From positions 17,050,001-17,114,000 of the forward strand of contig OZ024750.1 in assembly GCA_964016885.1 (NCBI GenBank): a stretch of DNA of 64,000 nt, written 5' to 3'. Position 1 is the first letter of the stretch; every line of letters begins with the position of its first letter. The notes under the pieces are model-generated. The model was not told the origin of the DNA. It saw nothing but the letters and a program-made list of their open reading frames with translations, and did no database searches. The stretch is from Eledone cirrhosa (lineage: Eukaryota). A program made the position numbers and the translations under genes. Of the stretch, positions 15,181 through 29,677 are shown piece by piece.

Positions 15181-15572
15181 ATATAACACATAGCAGTGTG
15201 AAATTGTTCCTACTTTTCATATCTAGCCTGGACCTATTAAATTGGTCTGTTCATGATCATGAGCTCGATATCCGACAGTGCATCGTATCCTTGAACAAGA
15301 CACTTTATTTCACATTGTTCCAGTTCATTCAGTTGGCAAAGCATTAGTTGTACTTGTAATTCAAAGATTCAGGCCTATTATTCACAGTATCGCGTCGACC
15401 TCCCTGAAAACTACGCTAAAGAAGTTGCCATCGGTGGTTATCCCTCTTTAAGAGTCTTCACTCTATATTATATAGTATTTTATAGCATTTCTGCGCATGA
15501 GCACAACACTCCGCCACTCTTTATATTAACTCTGTCCCCTCAGGTACGTATACACGATATTATATATATATA

Positions 15573-15718
15573 TATTATTAGAACAGATTAAAGTTTAACC
15601 AAAGAACCGTTGCTTTCACCCCTAACGGAATCTTTTGAAACAGAAAAGAGTTTCAGAGGATCCCGTTAAGGGTGAAAGCTGCGATTCTTTGGTTAAACTT
15701 TAATCTGTTCTTATAATA
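15573..15718. mobile_element. Hairpin element in (TA)n, CAGAAGA family
   Basis: ~65-bp arms in inverted orientation; homolog at 61079-61316; family 3' end also at 15980-16020 and 23162-23195. Confidence 0.7.
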
Positions 15719-16030
15719 AATATTTGCTCTATGGGTTTATATATATATATATATAGGCTTAAAAATGCAATGCGAATAAGAAGAAAGCAAGAACGGGGAG
15801 GGGGGAGTTTTCCTCGTCAGTTGTCTACTGGGGGGTCTCGGATATTTCAACGCTTTAAAGACAATATATCTACCCCCAGAGCGTTCAATAACTGGGTAAG
15901 TTATTGGGAAAACGGAAGAGGGAGAGAACGAAAATAGAAGGGAAAAGGGAAAAAGGGAAGAAAAGAGAAAACAGCGAAAAAAATCCTTCGGATTTTAGTC
16001 TTCACATTTATTATTACTATATATATATAT

Positions 16031-16316
16031 ATTAGAAAGTGAGGTTTTTTTTACAAAATGAAAAATAACCGAGGTGTCCTACAACGAGTGAAAGTATAAA
16101 GAAAAAAAGATGAAATCGAAAATGCAACTGGAGTCTTATTTAAAAAAATATATATATATTTATTTGGTTCCTTTACCGGTTTCGCAGTTCTTCTGCTTTT
16201 CAAAAGTAGAGTTGAGATGGAGGGTCTATGGTTTTTCTCACATGTGTGGTAAAGGAACCAAATAAATATATATATTTTTTTATAAATAAGACTCCAGTTG
16301 CATTTTCGATTTCATC

Positions 16317-16320
<4 letters not shown>
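16031..16320. mobile_element. Inverted PLE-like pLTR element, CCGG family
   Basis: Long arm plus inverted short arm in (TA)n; near copy at 28500-28775, partial at 17849-17975. Confidence 0.75.
16171..16206 (-). ncRNA. Minimal hammerhead with U3-A8 core
   Basis: ctt TTGAAAA gcag-aagaa-ctgc GAAA CCGG TA aag, followed by AATAAA. Confidence 0.7.
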
Positions 16321-16378
<58 letters not shown>

Positions 16379-17355
16379 GTGTGTGTGTGAGATATGCATT
16401 CTTTTATTTTTATTTACATTGGTGAAGTATGATTTGAGGAAGCTTTGTGCATTGTTTCTACCAGGACCAGTGACCTCTTAGTGGCCTCCTCGCCAGTATT
16501 TTGCCTTAAGCTCGTTTCACACTTAGTGCCCAACAAAAAAACACTTACTAAGTAAGCTGTGTGAAGGCAATAAACTAGAACCTTGTCTACAACAAATGAA
16601 AACAAACCAACATTCTTATTGCTATACTAACAGAACAAATACAAAATATACATATATATCAACTCTATGAACTAAAACGTAAAGAGTGTTTAAACAGCAA
16701 GTATTTATACACCAACAACAACAAGCAAATATTAATGCACTAATATTTTATGTATAAACAGTAACAACGTAGTTATATATACACATGTGTGTGTATATAT
16801 CACCAACCACTTATAGATGCCCCGGTTTATTTAACGAGTATGATCAACAAGCAATGGGTAGAAGCTAGTGTGGTAGTGTCTATGAAGACGTTTGACCTTG
16901 GTGCAATTATATCAACAGAAATTCTCACGGCAAGTTTTCTCGTTGTCTTTAACTTAAAAATGAATTATTTCAAGTCCTACACTTTAGATCAGTGGTTTGA
17001 AAATTAAGTTTAAAAGAACCACTTCATTCTTCAAAACAATTGTTGAGTGTTGCGAGATAAGGGGATTTTTAATAAATTTTAATAAAATTATATTTTGAGA
17101 ATCATATGTTTTCCACGATTTTTTTAAAACAACCGCGTTAGGCTTTCGCAATAAAATACATTTGGGTCCCAGGTTTAGGGAAATCACGCGGGAAAATTAA
17201 ATTTAAGAAAAATGGTCGTTAACTGACAATTCATTTAACAAATAAGATGCTACTTAAATTTCACAGATACATCAAAGATTTTCATTACTTCATACCTAGA
17301 GTGGTACAACTGCAGGTTATATTCTTTTTTACAAAGTACACCGAGAATATAATTT

Positions 17356-17448
<93 letters not shown>

Positions 17449-17450
<2 letters not shown>

Positions 17451-17793
17451 GTAGGAGGTGAGTTTTATTGTAGTACAATAAAGCAATGCAGATATCGTAT
17501 AAGAAGCACTCTACAGTTTGTAGGACTGGAGTATACATAATATATAAGATCAAAAGATGGTTAAAGGAGTTCCATGTATTTTATTATGCGCATTTCAAAA
17601 ACAAACATCATCATGCAATAATATTTGTGTTTTCATCAGATAAAACAGGAGAACATGATATGAAGGCTAAAAAACACTTGTGGATAGTGCAGTTTTAAAT
17701 CAATGATGAAAACACAAATATTATTGCATGATGATGTTTGTTTTTGAAATGCGCATAATAAAATACATGGAACTCCTTTAACCATCTTTTGAT

Positions 17794-17800
<7 letters not shown>
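17449..17800. mobile_element. Inverted PLE-like pLTR element, TGCGCA family
   Basis: Arms ~17542-17638 and 17704-17800 are reverse complements; (TA)n on both sides. Confidence 0.8.
17577..17647 (-). ncRNA. Type I hammerhead ribozyme (TGCGCA family)
   Basis: tgttttat CTGATGA long stem II GAAA TGCGCA TA ataaaata. Confidence 0.8.
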
Positions 17801-17851
<51 letters not shown>

Positions 17852-17883
17852 AGAAAAACCACAAACCCTCCATCTCAATTCTA

Positions 17884-17919
17884 CTTTTGAAAAGCATAAG
17901 AACTGTGAAACCGGTAAAG
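17884..17919 (+). ncRNA. Minimal hammerhead with U3-A8 core
   Basis: ctt TTGAAAA gca-taagaac-tgt GAAA CCGG TA aag. Confidence 0.65.
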
Positions 17920-18120
17920 GAAACAAATAAATATTCTTAAAAAGACTCCAGTTGCATTTTCGATTTCTTTTCCTTATATATATAATGAGTAAAACCAGTT
18001 GCAGATTCGCATCCGATTTTCGAAGGCTGTCAAAAAGTACTCCATGAGAGAATAGTTAATAAATTACTACTCAGAGTGAACACAATAAGTTAGGTAATAG
18101 TGACATATATATATATCTAT

Positions 18121-18485
18121 CTAAGGCGGGTAAAATTCCCGAGATCCATGGACGTGTTCTCTCCAGCGGTCTCTGTCCCTCATTATCGCTGCCATATCCT
18201 GCGTCTCCAACAGACCAGTGTCTGTCCTTAGGGCATCAACATACATTAACTCAGATGGTGGATGGGTGCTACACGAGAATGCTGGGGATGGCTCTGAACA
18301 TTAATCAGTATACACTGAGGATGAAAAACTCAGAGCTGTATGGGAGCATCCCAAAAGTCAGCTCAAAAGTGACACAGAGGAGACTGAGGTTAGCTGGACA
18401 TGCTGACCGACATCCAGAGTTGACATTGCACTCAGTGCTCCTGTGGGAGCCCCTACATGGACACACTAGAAGAGGAAGACAAAGA
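18121..18485 (-). mobile_element. 5'-truncated, 5'-inverted RTE-type LINE fragment
   Basis: Plus strand 18255-18485 gives DGCYTRML...RRLRLAGHADRH...LLWEPLHGHTRRGRQ; minus strand 18243-18121 gives the continuation YVDALRTDTGLLETQDMAAIMRDRDRWREHVHGSREFYPP*. Confidence 0.85.
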
Positions 18486-18502
18486 TATATATATATAAGA
18501 AA

Positions 18503-18798
<296 letters not shown>

Positions 18799-19363
18799 CA
18801 GAGAGAGAGGGGGGGGGAAGACAAACAAAGGACGCAATGATATCACAAATTTACTACGTATTCCTAATTGTTCATGTCCTTCTCCTCCCCCTGACCCTTC
18901 CTTTCACTCTCATTTCACTCATTTTTACTCCCGCAACCTCCCCCGCCCCTATTCTCCCCCCCCTCTCTCCTGAATCTTATTTAACCACTCCTACTCTGTT
19001 TCAGACAAAAAATAAAAATATATACAAATACGCGTGACGTAATATATGGGAGTATTTGTATGTCATTAGTGTGGCGCTGTTTTAGAGAAATAGATAAATT
19101 ACTTCTGTTACTTGGTTTTTATGTCATTTTAGTGTACCCATGTACGAGAGTTAGTCATATTTTGAGCTTTCAAGTCAATATAATGATGTATTTAATGTCT
19201 CGTATATTATAAAATCCCACCTTTATGGTATTGAGATGTGATCGTGTAGCGTATGTTATGTAAGCTGTGTGGCTTCTTTGAGAGGGTCACACGTAGTGCA
19301 GATCTGTCAATACTTCCCGTCTGAAGATGAGATCTCCCACCCACTCCAAAGTGGGTGGGAGAT

Positions 19364-19620
19364 GTCTTCTCTTGTAAAAAATGGGTATAGCTTTCATTAT
19401 ATAAAATATCTCTATTTTGCCTCATTTCTCCCCGTTTTGGGGCACTTTTTTTTTCATGGTACTCGACGTTTGGGTTTTTAGAGGTTGTCAGGTCTGTTGT
19501 TTCCTTGATCAGATCTTCTCTTGTGAAAATAGGTATAGCTTTCATTATGTAAAATCATTTCTCCCCGATTTGGGGCCACTTTTTTCATGGTTCTCCTCGT
19601 TTGGGTTTTCAGAGGTTGAA
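19364..19620. repeat. Imperfect tandem duplication, ~150-bp period
   Basis: tcttctcttgt...gtatagctttcattat...cactttttt..catgg...gaggttg occurs twice. Confidence 0.7.
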
Positions 19621-20169
19621 AGGTTGTAGGTTTAAGGTTTTATATATTATATTGATGCGATCTAGCGTGAAATATGTGCTGTGAAACGTGCGTTGACTTG
19701 AAGATATACCCATATTGAATGTGTCATTTGTGGATTTTTTTAAATTCTAGCGTGGAATATATGCTGAGGAATATGTGCTGTGACCTTGATAGTCTCAGAC
19801 GATGGCTGAGTAATAAATATGGTCGAACGCAGAATATATGCTGTGAAAAGTGTGTTAATTTCGTGAATGTCACAAGTTTTATTGGCATGAGAATGTGTTG
19901 CGTAAAATATTCGTACATATTCATGTTATGTCGTTGTTGTAACTGTTTAACCTCAGTTCAACCTTAATTTAGTAGATCTAGGATGAAATTCGTTCCAGTT
20001 ATGACCATCACGACTTCATTTTTCAATTGGTCCTTCTCTTTTAAGAGCGGGGAATTGTAAGTAAGGGGATGTTTTTACTGTTTATCTTAGCAAGGCATAA
20101 CTCTTCATATAGAAAGTTGAAAGATTGAGTGTTGTGAAGTCCCTTCTATTGCAAATAGAAAATGTGTAA

Positions 20170-21210
20170 ACGTGTTGTGAGAGCTGTACTATTAAATATA
20201 TAGAATGTATAGAGGTGTTGTGGGGCTGTACTATTAAATGTGTAGAATGTATAGAGATGTTGTGGGGCTGTACTATTAAATGTGTAGAATGTGTAGAGAT
20301 GTTGTGGGAGCTGTACTATTAAATATATAGAATGTATAGAGATGTTGTGGGGCTGTACTATTAAATGTGTAGAATGTGTAGAGATGTTGTGGGAGCTGTA
20401 CTATTAAATATATAGAATGTATAGAGATGTTGTGGGGCTGTACTATTAAATGTGTAGAATGTGTAGAGATGTTGTGGGGCTGTACTATTAAATGTGTAGA
20501 ATGTGTAGAGATGTTGTGAGAGCTGTACTATTAAATATATAGAATGTATAGAGATGTTGTGGGGCTGTACTATTAAATATATAGAATGTATAGAGATGTT
20601 GTGGGGCTGTACTATTAAATATATAAAATGTATAGAGATGTTGTGGGGCTGTACTATTAAATATATAGAATGTATAGAGATGTTGTGGGGCTGTACTATT
20701 AAATGTGTAGAATGTGTAGAGATGTTGTGGGAGCTGTACTATTAAATATATAGAATGTATAGAGATGATGTGAGAGCTGTACTATTAAATATATAGAACG
20801 TGGAGAGATGTTGAGCGAGCTGTACTATTAAAGGTATAGAATGTATGCAGATGTTGTGGGAGCTGTACTATTAAAGGTATAGAATGTATAGAGATGTTGA
20901 GCGAGCTGTACTATTAAAGGTATAGAATGTATGCAGATGTTGTGGGAGCTGTACTATTAAATATATAGAACGTGGAGAGATGTTGAGCGAGCTGTACTAT
21001 TAAAGGTATAGAATGTATGCAGATGTTGTGGGAGCTGTACTATTAAAGGTATAGAATGTATAGAGATGTTGTGGGAGCTGTACTATTAAATGTGTAGAAT
21101 GTGGAGAGGTGTTATGGGAGCTGTACTATTAAATATGTAGGTGTTGTGGGACTGTACTGTCATTAAATATAGAGAATGTGTAAGTGTTCTGAGTGCTGTA
21201 CTATTAAATA
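20170..21210. repeat. 42-43 bp minisatellite
   Basis: Unit gagatgttgtggggctgtactattaaatatatagaatgtata, about 24 copies. Confidence 0.95.
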
Positions 21211-21333
21211 TAAAAGTTTCAATGAGTTAAATCTATAGTATTACATCAAAATGTAAAGGTTGTGTCATATGTCTGCTAATATTATCATACATATATACAC
21301 ACATATATATATACATACATATATACATACATA

Positions 21334-21532
21334 TAGGGGTGAAGGAAGGTTATAGGGGTGAAGGAAAACTATAGCGGTGAAGGAAGCAATAGGGGAAAGG
21401 AAAAATATAGGGGTAATGGAAAAGTATAGGTAAGTATAGGGGTGGAGGAAGCTATTCGTGTGAAGGAAGCAATGATGGTCGAAGGAAAGCTATAAGTGTT
21501 TGAGAAAGCTATAGGTGTGAAGAAAAGATATA
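21334..21532. repeat. Degenerate ~20-bp purine-rich repeat, duplicated at 25780-26215
   Basis: ctataggggtgaaggaa-type units; block ggtggaggaagctattcgtgtgaaggaagcaat shared by both loci. Confidence 0.7.
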
Positions 21533-21540
21533 TATATATA

Positions 21541-21940
21541 TACGAGGGTAATCCCAAAAGTAAGGTCTCCAAAGCGATGAGGACGCAGAGAAACTGCTCG
21601 TACGGCTGTTGGCAACGCTGTTGTGATTGGTGCTTCCTTCACTCCCAAACAAGCATGTGCGCGCTTCGCTGGGATGCTCAATCCTGGCTTGGCGGACGTT
21701 GAGAATGGAGCTCCCGTTGAACGCTACCGCAGCCAAGTGAGAATTTCGTGCAGTTATTATATAGAGGGCAATCCCAAAAGTAAGGTCTCCTTCCGAGGAA
21801 AACATGCGTAAAGATCGGCGGATCACTCTGGATGCTCTCTACATTTTGGTTCCTGAGGTTTCCCGAAGCACCATCCGCAGGATTTTAACGAAAAAGTTGC
21901 AATATCGGAAGGAGACCTTACTTTTGGGATTGCCCTCGTA
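21541..21940 (+). mobile_element. Mariner remnants: two left TIRs, one right TIR and transposase fragments
   Basis: TIR (ta)cgagggcaatcccaaaagtaaggtctcc at 21541, 21764 and inverted at 21911-21940; internal MELPLNATAAK*EFRAVI and EENMRKDRRITLDALYILVPEVSRSTIRRILTKKLQYRK (mariner HTH region). Confidence 0.85.
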
Positions 21941-22216
21941 TAATTATATATATATATATATATATAAATATATATATATATAATTAAAAAAACGATTGAC
22001 ATATACTTAGATATATCAAGCATTTACAGGAGAACATTTGTAAAAAGATATAAGAACATATAATTCCAAAAGGCGGCATATTTAAATTATAAATACCTAA
22101 ATTTCAGTAATTACTGATATCCTCGCATACATGTTCTATTATTGCTAAAGAATATGTTTCACCAATTAATGGCAGAGTTCAATAGTCAATCAATGGATCG
22201 TCGTAAGGACAAGGTT

Positions 22217-23336
<1,120 letters not shown>

Positions 23337-23733
23337 GAAAGAGAGGGGGGTGAGAGAGAGTGAAAGAGATGGGGTGGAGAGAGATGCTCAGAAATTTACA
23401 TATGTATGCATATTAGACGTTATATATGTTCTCACACATATATTCGTGCATGTATGTATATATGTAGATGTGTGTATGTATATATGTATATGTGTGTGTA
23501 TGTACCAGCTTATATTATCTACATATGAACTATGTAAATGTGAACCTATTTACAAAGATATTTTCATGTAAACATACATATGATATGATTAAACATATAT
23601 TTATGTCTGGCAATAGCCATGTAATGGGAGAATCTACATGCCTGTGTACATACATACATACATACATACATACATACATACATACATACATACATACATA
23701 CATACATACATACATACATACATACATACATAC

Positions 23734-24152
23734 CGCAGATACTCCACCCTGATTACACCTTCAGATTTATACCTGTGATTATTGGGGCCCTGGGATATGT
23801 TAGTAACTGCCTCAATACAAGAAGAACTGCCTCAATACAGAAAGAACACGACTAGTTAGGAAACTACAAGTACAATCCATTAATGGAACAGTAAAAATAT
23901 GTAAAACGTTCCAAAAATGTTGCATCTAATAACTGCATATACACATGTACAGATACAAAGCATATACACATGCACACATACAACTCAAAACATACACATC
24001 TACACGTACAATAACATCCATATCTACACATGCATGCATACATACATATCTACCTAGTTGATGTTGTGTAAATTCCAATGAGAGAGTCTTGTGTCTATGT
24101 TAGAAACCGACTCTCTATTTGGAAAAATTTGTGAAATTATAAAACCAGAAGA
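23734..24152 (+). mobile_element. R4/Dong-like (RLE-clade) LINE 3' fragment in (CATA)n
   Basis: QILHPDYTFRFIPVIIGALGYV...RLVRKLQVQSINGTVKICKTFQ; the PV(I/V)IGALG motif is typical of restriction-like endonuclease LINE C-termini; (CATA)n on both sides. Confidence 0.75.
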
Positions 24153-24171
24153 ACATACATACATACATACA

Positions 24172-24785
24172 TGGTGGCTGCCAACTCGTTTTCGAGTACG
24201 GCCACTACTTTATATCCATGTAGGAGAACCCCTACCGATGCGCTGAACGAGTGTGACATTTTAGTCCAGCCAGCGACTTGAAAACTCTGGTACAAACACT
24301 ACACTTGCGACAATTATTGACACATAGTGCTGGGCCCATGGTTCCATGTGACGACAAGTGCAGAGAGATCTCCAGATATAAAGCAATGCCTGTGCCGTGA
24401 AACTTTTATAGTGAGCAAAGGCACTGCACAAAGCCAGTCCCACTCTCTTAACCAAGATGATATTTACCAAAAAGAAGAACAAGTCAACATCATTGGATAC
24501 CATCAGGGTTGCAGGTGTTATATCAGAGTTTTCCTTCTCCTAGAATTCTGCCTTTACAAAGGCTAAGGGGTCATCTCTCCCGGTGATTTTGGATGGCCAT
24601 TGACTCTTAAGAGCTCCTTTGTCCTTTGACAGGTTTTGTTTTTAGTCCTGCAGGATGTCCAAAGTCACCCTCCTCACCAAGAAACCTTGGTGGGGTTGCC
24701 AGTTTAGTCGCCAACGACCCGACCATGAGACAGGTTGTACTGGGATACATGTTACCAGTAGCACCAACTGGTGACCTGACATCAA
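24172..24785 (-). mobile_element. RTE-related non-autonomous retroelement, apparently complete (~610 bp)
   Basis: 3' part matches 4845-5250; 5' part matches 44050-44198; flanked by (CATA)n. Confidence 0.7.
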
Positions 24786-24811
24786 CATACATACATACAT
24801 ACATACATACA

Positions 24812-24845
<34 letters not shown>

Positions 24846-26541
24846 CATAATGGCTGTAAACTCTGCTAAGAGTACTGCAATCGCTTGTCAGATTATTGCA
24901 TTTGGTGCACCTTTAGGCTACGGCCAACTACACAAACCTGTAACATATCATGAACAAGTAATCCCTGTGCTTTGAAGGTTTTTTTTAAGCGGGGAAAGTC
25001 TTGCACTCGACAAATCCCACTCTCTGAGCATCGAAAACACTACCCGAAAAGGAGAACTGTCAATATACATACATACAGACATACACGATGAAGATGATGG
25101 CTGCAACTTTATTTCGAGTAAAGCCATCGATACTTAAGCATGAGCATCACGGATGTGGTCTTTTAGTCCAGCTAGGGACTTGCCTATGGCCAGCAATACC
25201 ATGCATCGCAAAAAATGTCACATATCAAGCAATGCCTATGCTTGAAGCTTTTTTAAGTGAGTAAAGGCTTTGTACGGGGCCAATCACTCTCTCTGAATAT
25301 CGAATGCATTGACCCCAAAAAAGGAACTGGTCTGCATCATACATACATACATACATAGATACATACATACAAATACATACATACATATATACATACCGTT
25401 TTATCTATTAGGAAGATTACCTATCATACAATTGGCAACATCACCAACACATTAAATTAACAAACATTATGAGCTGTACCAAACTTAGATGGACCTAAAA
25501 TCTAAGGCAATAAGTCAGAGAAAATAAATATAAAAACAATAGTTCAAATTAAAAGACGTCAAATTCTTGCAGCAAAATTTGAAGAAAATAATTCTCTACA
25601 TAATTATGTCCTTGATCGCAAAATATAGAAAGTCATACAGGATAGCAGCCGACAAGACCTTACCACGGTTTGTCTATCCCTGATAACAATTCTCAAACGT
25701 TGACTCATGTATATCAAGACGTTTGACAGAACGTATTGATGTACGATATAGTGATATGAAGGAACTTTATAGGTATAAGAAGAAACTATACAAGTGAATG
25801 TAAACTATAGGTGTAAATGAACGCTATGAGGCTGCAGGATAGCTATAGGAGTAAAAGAAGCAATATGTGTGGAGGAAGCAATGAGTATGAAGGGAAGCTA
25901 TAGAATGGATGAAAGCTATAGAATGAAGGAAAGTTGTAGGTTGAAGGAAAATTATAGGGGAGAAGTAACTTTATAGGGGTGAAGGTAATTTATAGGGGTG
26001 AAATAAGAAATAAGGAGAAGGAAAAGTATAGGAGCAAAGGAAGACTATTAATGTGAAGGAAAATTATAGGTAACTATAGGGGTGGAGGAAGCTATTCGTG
26101 TGAAGGAAGCAATAATGTTTGAAGGAAAGCTATAAGTGTGAGATAAAGCTATAGGTGTGAAGAAAAGATATAGGTATGAAAGGAGCATTAGAGGTGTTGG
26201 AAAGCTATAGGTGTGAACATTCTTCGCACATATTTGTATGTGACAAACATAACTATGAAAGAATATCACGTTTTGCTATTTCAACATCTTAATTCTCTCA
26301 TATAAAAATCAATATTATTGATCCGAAACATTCATGATTTCTGTTATTAACACTAACACTACGTATTATAAAACACATAGGTGGCGAATTGGCAGAGTCG
26401 TTAGAACGTCGGATAGAATACTTTATGGTATTCGATCCTACTCTCTGGTCTCTGAGTTCAAATCCCGTCGAGGACAACCTTGTCTTAATCAATGTTGGTT
26501 TGTGTGGTGAGACAATATGTTGAGGGATTTACTCATAAATG

Positions 26542-26589
26542 ATTGATTTTGATAAGTCCCAATAAGGGACGAAACAATTGTAAATCAAT
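26542..26589 (+). ncRNA. Type I hammerhead with U3-A8 core
   Basis: attgatt TTGATAA gtccc-aataa-gggac GAAA CAATTG TA aatcaat; perfect 7-bp stem I, 5-bp stem II, palindromic stem III, GUA site. Confidence 0.8.
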
Positions 26590-26630
26590 ATTTAATATGA
26601 AACCGTATTTGGTAATAATTTAATGAATAC

Positions 26631-26674
<44 letters not shown>

Positions 26675-26711
26675 ATGTATATGTAAGTAAATATATATGT
26701 ACACACACAGC

Positions 26712-26882
26712 AGAATTGGTAGAGGGTCGGACATACTTTCCAGTATAGTTACGTCCCTTTACGATCTGAGTTCAAATCCCGCCGAGGTTAACTTTGCCTT
26801 TCATCCTTACGAGATCGATAAAATAAAGTACCAGTAATGTACTGCATAATTGCTGGCCTTGTGCCAAAAGTAGAAACAATTA
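26712..26882 (+). mobile_element. SINE family A
   Basis: B-box GAGTTCAAATCC plus family body; other partial copies at 26380-26490 and 27308-27413. Confidence 0.8.
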
Positions 26883-26915
26883 TATATATAATTAAGTATA
26901 AATTATACGTTTAGA

Positions 26916-27059
26916 CAGTGCCGGATTTACCATTGAGCTTAGGTCGCCAGGAGGATCCCATCTTCAAGCCCCTAAACATTTTTACGATTAATTTTTTTAA
27001 TGTTTGAGGCTTCATAACTTAATTGGCACAGGACCTCATTTGTCCTAAATCCGGCACTG
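26916..27059. mobile_element. hAT-type MITE
   Basis: 14-bp TIRs CAGTGCCGGATTTA/TAAATCCGGCACTG; 8-bp TSD cgtttaga/cgtttaca. Confidence 0.85.
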
Positions 27060-27448
27060 CGTTTACATTATTTATAGTCCAGCCGATATCCAATCACTCC
27101 ATTATTTTAGAGAAATCGCATGTGGTGAATACAGATCTACAAGTCAGAATGTACACTATGCGTTAAATAGTAGGAAAAAAGGCTTAGTATGGGAACATAT
27201 ATAAATCAGGATAGAACCAATTTAAAACTAGCTGTTGGAACTAGCTGGTGAAGCGGCAAGAGCTCAGTTCTCGGGGCCCACGCTTTATAATATACATACA
27301 TACACACAATCCCACCGAGGTTAACTTTGCCTTTCATCTTTACGGGCTCGATAAAATAAAGTACCAGTAATGCACTGGTATTTGCTGGCCTTGTGCCATA
27401 AGTAGAAACAATTATATATATATATATATATATATTTAATATAAAAAT

Positions 27449-27499
27449 GTCTTCTACAGGAATAGAACTGTTTCATTCGGGAGAAACCATCAGGAAGCC
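27449..27499 (-). ncRNA. Hammerhead (CAG family), A9G mutant copy
   Basis: ggcttc CTGATGG tttctcccgaat GAAA cag-ttctattc-ctg TA gaagac; homolog of 57888-57938. Confidence 0.6.
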
Positions 27500-27539
<40 letters not shown>

Positions 27540-28197
27540 ATACTTTGGGAGGGTCATGTTGCCAATAAGAAACACACGCACCAGTTGCTTTCACTTCAAT
27601 TTATTATAATAAATTTATAATAAATTTATAAATTTATAAATTTATAAATTTATAAATTTCTGGTTGGTTGGTTGGTTCCACAACCAGATAGTTGTTTATA
27701 TATATTGGCAACATGACCCTCCCAAAGTATAACAATATCGGTTTCAACACACGATTTCAGATAAAGAATCTTGCTAAACAAATTCAGAAACGAAATATAT
27801 ATATATATATATAAACGTTTGTATATGTATAATAAAGCCAAAACAATGCAGGTATGGACATAGAATAAAGAATGCAAATGCAAAAGATATTGTTGACAAT
27901 TAGTCTTTTAGCTTAGATTTATTTAAATGTCCTTAATTTTCGAGATAATATCTCTTGTTCGGTGGGAAGTAAAGCAGTTAAACCAGTGTTCTAAATAGCT
28001 TGCCAAGTCAATATATAATTACAACAGTGACATAAACAGGTACTAAAGTTTCGTTGGGTTCTGGATCCCAACTCATTCAGCCTGTCAAATTTTCTAATGG
28101 CAGACTGAATGAGTTGGGGTCCAATTAATTATACTAAACTCGTCCTATGGACTGAGTACTCTTACCCTTGGATATTTCTACCAAACTTTTACTACAG

Positions 28198-28229
<32 letters not shown>

Positions 28230-28468
28230 TGTATGTATGTATGTATGTATGTATGTATGTATGTATGTGTGTGTGCGTGTGTGTGTGCGTGTGCGTGTGC
28301 GTGTGTATACATGTATATTAGACTGTGGCATTATGGGGTACTTCTTTGATTTAGTTATCATATCAGCCCCAGTACATATTTTTCAAGTTTTATATTTATT
28401 TTTGTTGAACCGTTAAACTACGTGACTTAAGCGTAAACACACACATGCTAGCGTGCAAACACACACAG

Positions 28469-28499
<31 letters not shown>

Positions 28500-28502
<3 letters not shown>

Positions 28503-28775
28503 TAGAAAGTGAGGTTTTTTTAAAAATGAAAAATAACCGAGGTGTCCTACACGAGTGAATGTATAAAGAAAAAAAGATGAAATCGAAAATGCAGCTGGAG
28601 TCTTATTTTTTTTAAAATATATATTTATTTGGTTCCTTTACCGGTTTCGCAGTTCTGCTTTTCAAAAGTAGAGTTGAGATGGAGGGTCTGTGGTTTTTCT
28701 CCCGGTAAAGGAACCAAATAAATATATATATATTTTTTTAAATAAGACTCCAGTTGCATTTTCGATTTCATTTTT
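28500..28775. mobile_element. CCGG-family inverted pLTR element with U3-A8 hammerhead at 28636-28668 (-)
   Basis: ctt TTGAAAA gcagaactgc GAAA CCGG TA aag; same layout as 16031-16320. Confidence 0.75.
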
Positions 28776-28778
28776 TTT

Positions 28779-28815
<37 letters not shown>

Positions 28816-29190
28816 GAGATGTGTTGGGCTGGAGAGAACAGGAAGAGATAAAGAATATAAAGTGCATTACACACTGGGGAACATCATCTTTAACACTCCC
28901 ATCCCCACGGACATATTTAGGTAAAAACACATTACACGCATTTTCTCTTTCTCTCTGAAACGTGTATACTTATATATATACAGAGAGAGAGAGGGAGGTG
29001 AGAGAGAGAGGGGGTGGGAGAGAAGGGGAGTGAGAGAGATAGGGAGAGAGGAGAGATGTAAAATCTTGACCGCGGTGTCAAACGGTTTCGGGTTGTGAAA
29101 CAAGTTTAAACCGCCTGGCGCTGCGGTCGGGATAACATATCTTTTTTCCATAACTCTATTCCCACTCTGCCTATCACCATGCATTGAGTA

Positions 29191-29472
<282 letters not shown>

Positions 29473-29489
29473 TATCTGTTACACACATC

Positions 29490-29570
<81 letters not shown>

Positions 29571-29641
29571 GAAAATGAACGAACATACAGGAGGAAATTG
29601 TACAGTTATATTAGGTTCACGTTTGGTGGAAGTGGAGGAGA

Positions 29642-29677
29642 TTTCAACGTTTCGGACAGAAGTCCTTCATCAGGAAA
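29642..29677 (-). ncRNA. Minimal type I hammerhead
   Basis: tttc CTGATGA a ggac-ttct-gtcc GAAA CG TT gaaa; classic PLE-type minimal layout. Confidence 0.8.

Noticed and set aside
24690-24785. HDV-like ribozyme at the 5' end of the RTE-related element
   Set aside because: Hairpins are present but I could not build the P1/P1.1/P3 nested pseudoknot consistently in both copies
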